Shown in pieces: positions 53,119 through 64,000 of a stretch of 64,000 bases of DNA; the first letter of the stretch is position 1, and the number at the start of each line of letters is the position of its first letter. The stretch lies in contig OZ024741.1 of NCBI GenBank assembly GCA_964016885.1, forward strand, positions 389,422,001-389,486,000. The letters are read 5' to 3'. The notes beneath the pieces were generated by a model. The model did no database searches. It was not told where the DNA came from and saw only the letters and a program-made list of their open reading frames with translations. Source of the DNA: Eledone cirrhosa (lineage: Eukaryota). Position numbers and translations under genes: made by a program.

Positions 53119-55985
53119 GTGAAAACCACTTGATCACCTATAGATCAGGGGAACACGCCAGCCAGATAGATTATATCCTTACTAGAAGACGGGACAAAGT
53201 GTCTGTTGTAAACACTAAATCCCTCCCCCATGAAGAATGCACCTCCAAACATAGCCTAGTAGTTAGTGACCTCACAGTCAGAAATAGACGTACTCGACGA
53301 CAGAGGAGGCCTACCTTGAGGAGAAGAATATGGAAGTTGAAGGACCCCATAGCCAGTGACAAATTTAAAAGCTTATTACTTGATGCCTTTGACAATAAGG
53401 AAGAGCAATTAGAGAGGTGCGATATAGAGGAACAGTGGCAATTCTTGAAAGTGAACCTGCTGAAAGCAACGGATGAAATCTGTGCTGAAGCAGACCTATT
53501 TGCCGGAGAGTAACTTGGTGATGGAACAGTAAGGTAGAAGAGACAATCAAGGCCAAAAAGCAGGCTTGGAAAGTTTGGCAGGATGGGGGAAGTAGAGAGC
53601 ACTATCAAGTGGCCAGGAGAAAAGCTAGGAGACAAGTGTACCTTGCAAAAAGGGAAGCAGAGGATAGAAAGTTCAAGCATGTTCTACAACGCGAGGACCA
53701 AAAACGCGAGGTGTTCAGGATTGCTAGACAATATGTCAAGGAAAACCATGATATTGTTGGGGAGAAGTGTGTCCGTAATGATAACGGTGTACTTGCCCTC
53801 ACTGATGCTGATAAGAAGATAGCCTGGAAGTGTCACTACGAGAGGCTATTAAATGAGGAGAATAAGTGGGAAAAAGATAGTCTGCCTCAAATCAATCCAA
53901 TAGAAGGACCAGCGGTGCAAGTTAAAGGTAGTATAATAAGTAAGGCAATCAAAGATATGAAGACAGGCAAAGCAGCTGGGCCTTCGGAGATAGTTGCTGA
54001 GATGTTGAAGGCATCTGGAATGGTGGGACATATTATGGTCACCCGCATAGTTAACCAAGTAATACAGAAGGGGGTCATACCAAAAGACTGGCGTAGTAGC
54101 ATCATCATTAACTGCTACAAGGGTAAAGGAGATGCCCTAGATAGAGGAAACTATAGAGGCATTAAGTTAATTGACCAGGTCATGAAGGTCACAGAAAGAG
54201 TAATAGCGCAACTAATCAGAGAGCGAATTGATCTAGATGAAATGCTGTTTGGGTTTGTGTCAGGTAAAAGAACCACAGACGCTCTTTTCCTTGTACAACT
54301 ACAAGAGAAGTACCTAGCTAAAAGTAAACCCCTCTACTTAGCTTTTGTAGACCGGAAATGCCTTTGACAGAGTCCCCCGCTCCATTATCTGGTGGGCTCT
54401 TAGAAAACTAGGTGTAGATGAATGGCTTGTGAGAGCTATACAAGCTATGTATAATGAAACAGTCAGTAAGGTTAGAATTAACAATTAATATTGTGAAGAG
54501 TTTAGTGTAAAAGTTGGTGTTCACCAAGGCTCTGTCCTTAGCCTCCTCCCATTTATTATTGCCCTTCAGGCTATAACAGAGGAGTTCAAGACCGGCTGCC
54601 CATGGGAACTCCTATACGCAGATGATCTAACTCTCATAGCTGAATCAATGGCTGAACTAGAAAAGAAATTCCAAACATGGAAGCATGGCCTAGAATCAAA
54701 AGGCCTTAAAGTTAACTTGTCTAAGACTAAAGTCCTAGTTTGTAGAAAGGAAAATAAGGCACAGGTACCCTCAGGGAAATGGCCTTGCTCAGTGTGTAGG
54801 AAAGGAGTAGGCAGAAATACAATTTTATGTTCCAAATGCAAAGTATGGGTACATAAAAGATGTAGTGGGATCACAGGTAAACTATCTAAGAACGTAGACT
54901 TTATATGTGGCCGATGCTCAGGTGCAATAGGTAGCAAGTGTCCACAGGATACTAGCCCCTTCTATCACCCAGATGGTTCTATAGAAATAGTAGACACTTT
55001 CCGTTACTTGGGTGACGAAATCAGCAATGGTGGAGGGTGTTCTGAAAGTACAGTAGCCAGAGTCAGAACGGGATGGAAAAACTTCAGAGAGCTTATACCG
55101 CTGTTGGCCACACAAGGTTTCTCTCTAAAAATGAAAGGCAGATTGTATGATGCTTGTATACGAACAGCAATGCTACATGGCAGTGAGACATGGGCATTGT
55201 GTGCAGAGGACCTGCGCAGACTGGAAAGGAACGAAGCATGCATGCTCCGTTGGATGTGTAATAGTAATATACGTGAACGGCAAAGCATACATGAACTAAG
55301 TGAGAAATTAGGAATAAGAGGGATCAGATGCTGTTTACTTGAGAGAAGACTATGTTGGTATGGTCACGTGATGCACATGAAAGACGATAGCTGTATAAAA
55401 AAGTGCAGGGCGATCAAAATTGATGGTAGTTACGGAGTAGGTAGATCCAGAAAAACCTGGGACGATCTGATAAATTCTGACCTTACACACTTGCACCTCT
55501 CTAAGACAATGTCACTGGACCGAAATCTTTGGCGCTATGCAGTAATACAGAAGACCCGCCTTGCCTATGTACAAAGCGAAACCTACAGTCAGTAGGCACC
55601 TCTTAACCAAATATACACCCAATCCACTACCCCTACCCTATCCTCCCACCAACACCACCCTCTCTCTGTAAAGTTGGTACCACAACATTCAGTCCAAATA
55701 AATGAGATAATGAGATCGAGATTGTGTAGGTGTCACGAGAAAAAAAAACACAGTCCACGCTGTAATGTGGCCGTGTAGGTAGCACGGTAAAAAGTTCCCA
55801 GTTCCACACTGTAAATGTGGTTGGTGTTAGGAAGGGCATCCAGCCGTAGAAAACCTGCCAGATAGTCCTATATGAGCGAGACACGGTCACCCAACCAGCC
55901 TTACCTCAAGTGGGTCAACTCCTGTCTAATCCATGCTAGCGTGGAAAGTGGACATTAAACGAGGATGATGATGATGATGATGATA
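53115..55985 (+). mobile_element. 5'-truncated RTE-clade LINE (APE end, RT with inserted PHD-like finger, 3' UTR, (GAT)n tail)
   Basis: SQIDYIL..HSLV, KGKGDALDRGNYRGIKL, VGVHQGS, LLYADDL, FRYLG, LHGSETW, WYGHV; few frameshifts. Confidence 0.95.
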
Positions 55986-56749
55986 TATACATATATATAT
56001 ATATACATATATTTCTATACATTCATGCATTCATTACACTATAATGTATATTTATACACATGTATTATACACACAGATACACATGTATTACTTTCCAACC
56101 ACAGGGTCCTGGGTTCTAACCCTACATTTGTCCCTGTAAAAACTTATTTCTCTAAAGTTACTCATACATTTATTCCTGTATGTTATCTGTCCATATATGC
56201 TGAACATTTATGTAATTATATTCTAGAAATATATTTCTATGTGTCAGTAATCAACATAAACTATAGGGTTTCTCTTATGTAAATAACTAATTCATGAAAA
56301 TATGAATTTTTAAATTTGGAAATGATTCTTCCTGCATCCAGTTATCCTGGTAAATTCTGTGTATCAAACCTGTCAGTATTGATGGTACTGTTGCTCTGGT
56401 CACTGGAATAAAACTGTGGGTGTGCAAAATCAGATCAATTGTACAGTCAAGGGGAAGTAAATCTGTAAACATACAAGGACACCTTGGGTGCTCTACCAGG
56501 TAAAAATATCTTGAGCAAAATATATAAATTAATAAAACCCGACAATGAAACATCGATGTATTCGCCATAATTACATTCACAACTATAATAAAAGATTAAT
56601 AAGGAAATTTAACGTAATAAAGGTAAAAGGAAAACCTAAACTTCGTGAAATTCCTTTAAAAGTATTTGTGTTGTCTTAGTTACCTGTGCGTGTGTATATA
56701 TAAATATACCTGTAAACCTGTGTATATAAACTTGCCCATGTTCAGTTGT

Positions 56750-57110
56750 TTATTGAAAGGATACGTAGGAACTTGAAGTCACAGTACAATCCACACTGAA
56801 AACATCGATTGATGAGGTCATGATTGCTTTCACTGGACATTTGGCTCCAAACAATATCTTCCACTGAAGCCTACAAAGCATGGGATAAAAATGTAGATGT
56901 AGGCTGATCCACACAACGGCTATGTAAACGACTTCCAAGTTTATAACAGGGAAAGTCCCAAATCAAACAAGGACTTGGAGAAAGAGTTGTGAAGGACCTC
57001 ACGAAAGATATATGGGGGGAAAAAATTCACCACGTGTATTGGGATAATTTTTCCCCTCTGTCAGACTCTTTCAGGAAATTTTTATAGAATGGGAACTATG
57101 CTTCCTGTGT
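56750..57110 (+). mobile_element. piggyBac transposase relic
   Basis: SIDEVMIAFTG..QYLPLKPTKHGIK..NGYVNDFQVY..GLGERVVKDLTK..HHVYWDNF read across frameshifts. Confidence 0.8.
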
Positions 57111-58465
57111 GATATTCTAGCCTTGACAAAAATTCCAGGGCCTTGTCTGGAATGTAGAGTGGAGGGAAGATAGTGTTAAATATTCTTAATTCAGTTAGAA
57201 ATTACATCTCTGAATATAATTTGAAATGATACTTTATCAATGTTTGTTAATTAAATTGCTAAATTTTAATGCATAAATATTAATTAATTAAATTTTAGCA
57301 TCAATAACCAGTTTCTCATAAAAGTGTCTTAACACTTAATTTCCTGTACCACATGAAATGGCATCCATGAGGGCATTCTTAAAAATGTATAAAACAGAAC
57401 TATGATTGTATCATTAAAGATTAAAATCTTTCTCTAATATTACAACTTTTCACAATCAGTCCATTAGATTTGAATAAACTAATTTTTAGACATTTCCTGC
57501 AAAATCATTAAAGGATGTTAAAAGTTAATAGAAAATTAATTTTTTATTATTGCAATAATATTTATTGATAAACTTTCTCAGTCTTTTATTTATAATAAAA
57601 AAAAGATGAATGAATTTCCATTAGTTTCAGTGATGAATGTTCGAGTTGTGCAGTCATCACAACAGCTACTCATTAAATTATAATGCAAATGGCTGAGTAT
57701 TCCACAAACGCTTGTATGTACCTTTAACATAATTCTCAAGTAGAATCAGTATGACAGTGTTCCATCTAACAGACTTCCACATAATTTCAATTTCCTCATT
57801 TTCTCTCACAAGGTTTGGGTTGACATGAAGCTATGATTCCAGGTTCTTTCTTACTGTGTGAGAAAGAACCTGGAATCTCATAATTGTGAAACAAATGTCT
57901 TAACCACTCAGCCATGTTGCTTCCTACATAAAGATTGGATATATTTTAAATTTGCCAAGAAATTAAGAAAAACAAAGGAGTTGGTGAACACAAATATGTT
58001 TTTGTCTTTTGACCAACCTAATTTTACTTTGGGGAAGGTGGGGTGGATCTATCATCACTTGTTGATGTTTAGCACCAAATCAGCTCTATAATCAAAGATG
58101 TTCCGACTATGACCAAGCCATCTTTTTTTCTGGGTATACAGGGTTAGGCTGTAATCTAGCTGAAATTTCTTGTAGGTCGATCTGGCAGACCAAATCAAGA
58201 GTTATGTCCCTTGTTAAATGTATTTTAAAAAATGTTTAATAGACTTACTTGCTTTCTTTTATGGGGTGGTTTAACTTGCATGGATTCTACCAAACATAAT
58301 TTCACTGAATCTTCCTTGGATATTTTATGTGTTACTTTCACTCATTTATTACATTGAAAGATATATCTGAATGGGAGAAAACAATATATATTCGGCTTAT
58401 ATAGCTGAGTAGGTAGAAAATAGAACAAACTGAGTTAAATGAAGAAACATTTAAGAACATGTTAA

Positions 58466-58865
58466 CCCTTTTGATACCAACCCAGCTAAAACTGGATCTA
58501 GACTATGAAACAATACCACATATCTTACATGGTTTTTATATAAATTAAACATTTTCAACATTGGATTGGCAGTATCGGTAGAGGGTCGGACGCCATGCTT
58601 TCCAGCATAGTTACGTCCCTTTACGATCTGAGTTCAAATCCCGCCGAGGTTGACTTTGCTTTTCATCCTTACGGGGTCGATAAAATAAAGTACCAGTAAT
58701 GCACTGGGTTATTGCTGGCCTTGTGCCTAAAGTAGAAACAATAATTATATATAACAACCATATCTTAAGTTAGTATCTTAGTAATGAAATATTAATTTTA
58801 GTAAATTTCACAAAATCCTTCAATAATTGAAAGTTTATTTCATTGGTAGTATGGCTATGAAAGGG
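58466..58865. mobile_element. piggyBac-type MITE containing a SINE (58561-58750, +)
   Basis: TTAA|ccctttt ... aaaggg|ttat termini; internal SINE consensus. Confidence 0.7.
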
Positions 58866-59154
58866 TTATCCTCCCCAAAAAACCCTCTACAAAATGTTCG
58901 CGTACAAGAATTTTTGAAAATAGCACAAGAGTTGGGATCTTGTAGAAGGGTTTGTAATTCAATTGATTTTTTTTTAGTTGAATTACTTCCCTTAGATAAA
59001 TATTCTGGACGAGTAGAAACATATTCGACTAACTAATGAACTGGTTGGTATTGTTTTTATCTGAACTGTTGGAAGTTTATATAACTAACTCATTAATTAA
59101 TTCTTAACCACACCTTGAACTGGTTCTCCCACACCACGAAAAATAATGTCTTAA

Positions 59155-59340
59155 AAGGAATTAGATGTAGTGTGGTGGAAATAAGACTGCACTGGCACGG
59201 GCATGTAATGAATCTGGATGATGAGTGTTAAGTGAAGGAAGTTATGGAAGAGGATGACCAAAGAAAACACGGGTAGAAGTGGTGAAAGCTGATTTCATAA
59301 TGCTGAACTTTAGAAAGACAAGGGAAAAAGACAAGTGAAG
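59155..59340 (+). mobile_element. Old RTE 3' fragment
   Basis: IRCSVVEIRLHWHGHVM, homologous to 55320-55400. Confidence 0.55.
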
Positions 59341-59715
59341 GGGTTCTTTATTGTTGAGAATGTGTGTAACTCAAGCAAAATGGAGGTCACCAAAGCCCTT
59401 GCAAAATGAGCCTGACAATTAAAGAAATCCCCATCACAGTAAAATGGAGAATTCTGGAGAAGTTAAGACCATATATTAGCAGAAGAAAGAGATGTTCCCT
59501 TTGTTTCAGTGAGACATTCAGGATTCTATAGGTTTTAAAGTCATTGAACCTGTACTAAAAAAAATTAGGTCTTTAAGGGCTGCTTACACCATTATGGAAA
59601 AACTATGGCTTGGAGATTCAGTTATCACAAATAGAAGTGCTACATTCACCATGATTTCCGCACACTAACACTTTACTCCACATGTCACTTTTTTTTTTAC
59701 ACCTTACACTACACT

Positions 59716-60060
59716 AATAATTGTTTATACTTTTGGCACAATGCCAGCAATTATTTCAGTGTATTACTGTTATCGACCCCGTAAAGATGAAAGGCAAAGT
59801 TAACCTCGGCGGGATTTGAACTCAGACCATAAAGGGCCGTAACTCTTTGCTGCAAAGCATGGCGTCCGACGCTCTACCGATACTGCCAATCCACGGATCT
59901 GAATTATTAACCAGTCAAATACACAAACACAGCAACACACACATCACAGCAGTTCTCTCCGCCGAGGTTGACTTTGCCTTTCATCCTTACGGGGTCGATA
60001 AAGTACCAATAATGCACTGGGTAATTGCTGGCCTTGCGCCTAAAGTAGAAACAATTATTA
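59716..60060. mobile_element. Two divergently oriented SINE copies
   Basis: 59716-59895(-) and 59958-60060(+). Confidence 0.88.
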
Positions 60061-60163
60061 AAAACGAGTTGCCTCCCTTAGATTATAGATCACTATATTT
60101 TTGGGGTTATATCCTCTCTCTACATAAGATTTTAACTTGAAATCTTTTTCAGACATCTTACAT

Positions 60164-60275
60164 TTATGCCTGAAGAATAAGCTACAGATTGCAGCTCAGC
60201 CAAATGCATTCTGCTCTTTTGTGTATGGTCTGCTAATGTTGCTGCACAAATGGCTTGAAACCTAAAGTAGCATAA
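60164..60275 (+). ncRNA. Type I hammerhead motif with extended stem II
   Basis: ttatgc CTGAAGA at aagct..gcagc-[loop]-gctgc..ggctt GAAA cctaaag TA gcataa. Confidence 0.7.
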
Positions 60276-60334
60276 TGCATGTTACATGATTATATAGAGC
60301 ACTCTTTTCCTTTTCTAAGAACTTTTTGCTATAC

Positions 60335-61860
60335 ATACAAACATGCATACATACATACATACATACATACATACATACATACATACATACATACATACAT
60401 ACATGGTGGCTGCCAACTCGTTTTCGAGTACGGCCACTACTTTATATCCATGTAGGAGAACCCCTACCGATGCGCTGAACGAGTGTGACTTTTTAGTCCA
60501 GCCAGCGACTTGAAAACTCTGGTACAAACACTACACTTGTGACAATTATTGACACATAGTGCTTTGCCTTTGGTACCATGTGACGACAAGTGCAGAGAGA
60601 TCTCCAGATACAAAGCAATGCCTGTGCCGTGAAGCTTTTATAGTGAGCAAAGGCACTGCACAAAGCCAGTCCCACTCTCTTAACCAAGATGATATTTACC
60701 AAAAAGAAGAACAAGTCAACATCATTGGATACCATCAGGGTTGCAGGTGTTATATCAGAGTTTTCCTTCTCCTAGAATTCTGCCTTGACAAAGGCTAAGG
60801 GGTCATCTCTCCCAGTGATTTTGGATGGCCATTGACTCTTAAGAGCTCCTTTGCCCTTTGACAGGTTTTGTTTTTAGTCCTGCGGGATGTCCAAAGTCAC
60901 CCTCCTCACCAAGAAACCTTGGTGGGGTTGCCAGTTTAGTCGCCAACGACCCGACCATGAGACAGGTTGTACTGGGATACATGTTACCAGTAGCACCAAG
61001 TGGTGACCTGACATACATACATACATACATACATACATACATACATACATACATACATACATACATACATACATACATACATACATACATACATGCATAC
61101 ATACATACATACATGCATACATACATACATGGTGGCTGCCAACTCGTTTTCGAGTACGGCCACTACTTTATATCCATGTAGGAGAACCCCTACCGATGCG
61201 CTGAACGAGTGTGACTTTTTAGTCCAGCCAGCGACTAGAAAACTCTGGTACAAACACTACACTTGTGACAATTACTGACACATAGTGCTGGGCCCATGGT
61301 ACCATGTGACGACAAGTGCAGAGAGATCTCCAGATATAAAGCAATGCCTGTGCCGTGAAGCTTTTATAGTGAGCAAAGGCACTGCACAAAGCCAGTCCCA
61401 CTCTCTTAACCAAGATGATATTTACCAAAAAGAAGAACAAGTCAACATCATTGGATACCATCAGGGTTGCAGGTGTTATATCAGAGTTTTCCTTCTCCTA
61501 GAATTCTGCCTTGACAAAGGCTAAGGGGTCATCTCTCCCGGTGATTTTGGATGGCCATTGACTCTTAAGAGCTCCTTTGCCCTTTGACAGGTTTTGTTTT
61601 TAGTCCTGCAGGATGTCCAAAGTCACCCTCCTCACCAAGAAACCTTGGTGGGGTTGCCAGTTTAGTCGCCAACGACCCGACCATGGGACAGGTTGTACTG
61701 GGATACATGTTACCAGTAGCACCAACTGGTGACCTGACATACATACATACATACATACATACATACATACATACATACATACATACATACATACATACAT
61801 GCATACATACATACATACATGCATACATACATACATACATGCATACATACATACATACAA
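60335..61860 (-). mobile_element. Head-to-tail dimer (726-bp period) of the RTE-derived non-autonomous element, separated by (CATA)n
   Basis: Units ~60400-61010 and ~61128-61740 have several differences between them; a third copy lies at 14445. Confidence 0.88.
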
Positions 61861-62178
61861 TGTATATATATATCAGTGAGACTTCCTTTAGTGTTCCAAG
61901 GGTGCTGGATAACCAAATATTACATACTGTAAATCATATTGATATATTTTATGTAGAAATATGAAAAAGAAAAAAATACTGTGTACATACATTTCCCCTG
62001 TGGTTTCATCAATGACAGTCACCTGATCACACAACCAATAGTTAGATTTAGAAGATCTATATAATGAGGATGATGATGATGATGATGGCTCTTCATTTCT
62101 CAATGCTCTTAAATAGCAGTTCTTTATCTCTCCAATAGGTGGACAGGGGAACAGAAATCTATCTGTCTGTCCTCTGTA

Positions 62179-62228
<50 letters not shown>

Positions 62229-62229
<1 letters not shown>

Positions 62230-64000
62230 TTTTCTTTATTAACCAGAAGGGTTCACATAACGTAGACATTAAGGACAGTACAGGACAATACAGGACGGTA
62301 CAAATGGGCATTTCTGCGTGTAAAAAAACAGAGGTTGAAATAAAATAACAAAGAAAAATTCCCCAATAGGGGGGAGACTTCCAAGGGACATTTGTGGAGA
62401 AAGCCCATTAAAAGACCACAGTGGCCCTGACCACCAGGGCAAGTGCCCTCTCCCAGTTTTCCACTTTTAATTTACAGACACATACTCAGAGAAGGCCCAT
62501 TCATTCGGGCCATACTTGCTTCTCTCACCCATCTTTCAACAAAATGCTGGGAAGAGAGCACTTCCCTCTCTACCCTGATTTTCCTTTTCAAATGAAATTT
62601 GAAAAAGTTAATCAGGGCATCACCGAAGAGGTAAGTGCTCGTCTTCAGCCCTTTCAAACGTGTCCACCATACTATCTCTTTCGCCATGGCCACCAGACAG
62701 ATAAAAACTGCCTGCCCTTCCAGGCTAAAGGAAGGGGGCGGGGCAATCCTCACGATGGACTCAGCTGATAGCTGGATAGGTCCTACACGTGACAGCAGGT
62801 GTTCGACATAAACCCACAAGTCAGCAATGCTCGGACACTGGACGAATGCGTGCAGGACGGTTTCGTCGCCCTGCGCGCATCTCGGACATGCCCGGCTGAC
62901 GGCACCTCCATGCCTGTAGAGTTTATCCCGAACTGGCAAAGCTCCTCGGTAGCACTGCCAGGCCAGGGATTTCTGGAAGTTGTCCATAGGCCCCGGCCCA
63001 AAAGTCCTTCCGAAGAGATTGGCTAGTTGATTTTCGTCGACGCCTAGAGTTTCTCCAAGTACGTCGTCGCTCTTCCCCTCCACTAATCCCCTATAGAACG
63101 CCAAGGTGGAGTTTCCACCGATCACATTGCCCGATTGGTCGAGGGCTGTGAGCGCCTGAAGACATTCCAGTCTCCAAGTGCTCCCTCTCGGTCTTCGCTT
63201 GACCCAGGACTGCAGCTCCATCAAGGAGACGAGCTGGGGAAAAACGTGTCTTGCAAACGGCGACCACACCTGATCACCGTCGAGGAAGAGGTGGAGATGT
63301 CGTAGCCTGAGCGCGTGTCTGCGCATCATCAGCCACGGCATGCCCAGCCCTCCACGTAGCGGGTGTTGACAGCAGATGGACCGCCTGACCATCGGAGGGC
63401 GTCCCTTCCACAAGAAGCGAAAGAGCAAACGCTCCAGCGCAGTCAGGCGGGGCTTAGGACAAGGTACGACGGTCAGGCGGTAGTAGATGACGGATGCGAT
63501 GTACGCATTCGCCACCTCCGCTCGACCTTTCAGGGATAGCTTCCTCTCGGCCCATTTCTGGGTGAGAGAAGCCACCCTGCTCGTCACCTCGTCCCAGTTT
63601 TTGTCCGTCTGGAGGTCCGGACCGAACCAGACCCCTAGCAATTTAACCGGTCTGTCCGTCCAGCGCCCGACGACGCTGTTGGACGGCATGGACCTGCCTC
63701 TCCAGGTGCCGAGCTGCAGGCCCACTGACTTTTCCTGGTTGATCATTGCTCCTGTCACCGCTTCGTATTCTCTTAGTGTAGTGCCGATCGCCTCGATGTG
63801 TTTGGCGCTCGACACCACTACGGTGACATCGTCGGCATATGCTGACACGGATCTTCTGCATCCTAGTTCGCGCGGGACCCCCCTCAACGTCTCCAGTTTG
63901 TGCAGTAATGGCTCGAGAGTCAATACGTACAATAGGGACGAGAGGGGACATCCTTGGCGGACCGAGCGCATGATGTTGAACGGTTCCGAAAGGTGACCGT
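62229..64000 (-). mobile_element. Young Tx1-clade LINE (open ORF2 C-terminal half, runs off the window)
   Basis: Uninterrupted 499-aa ORF 62472..63971: SVRQGCPLS, SAYADD, GGLG, CPRC..ETVLHAFVQC; aataaa followed by an (ATT)n tract. Confidence 0.96.

Noticed and set aside
56320-56500. Possible host exon ending at ccag|gtaaaa
   Set aside because: No clear acceptor and no recognisable peptide.
61640-61740. HDV-like ribozyme at the 5' end of the RTE-derived element
   Set aside because: Partial helices and a CUAA are present, but I could not build the nested P1/P1.1/P3 topology by eye; an RNArobo or Infernal search would decide.

Overview
Eukaryotic, repeat-dominated window with no prokaryotic features. 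The SINE families and very long (TA)n/(CA)n/(AAT)n microsatellites suggest a cephalopod such as Octopus (inference). Host genes: (1) the last two coding exons (3161-3305 and 19272-19507) of a membrane-bound tyrosinase/TYRP-like gene, separated by a ~16 kb TE-filled intron, with a cytosolic DEEQPIF...NPSY tail; (2) a single-exon 324-aa Cys-rich, signal-peptide, probably GPI-anchored orphan ORF (40289-41263). The rest is mostly retroelements: many Tx1/L1-like LINE copies, RTE-clade, CR1 and R4/Dong fragments, Penelope-like elements (Naiad-type RT + GIY-YIG), about 20 copies of one SINE family, CORE-type SINEs, piggyBac MITEs and a transposase relic, a small Helitron and a probable solo LTR. The most striking unannotated signal is a recurring set of minimal type I hammerhead ribozyme motifs (CUGANGA...GAAA-short, often palindromic, loop-UH). 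There are six to seven well-formed copies plus several decayed ones. Most sit in short non-coding fold-back modules embedded in (TA)n, and some link by sequence to the termini of the Naiad elements. All calls were made by eye and TE boundaries are approximate.
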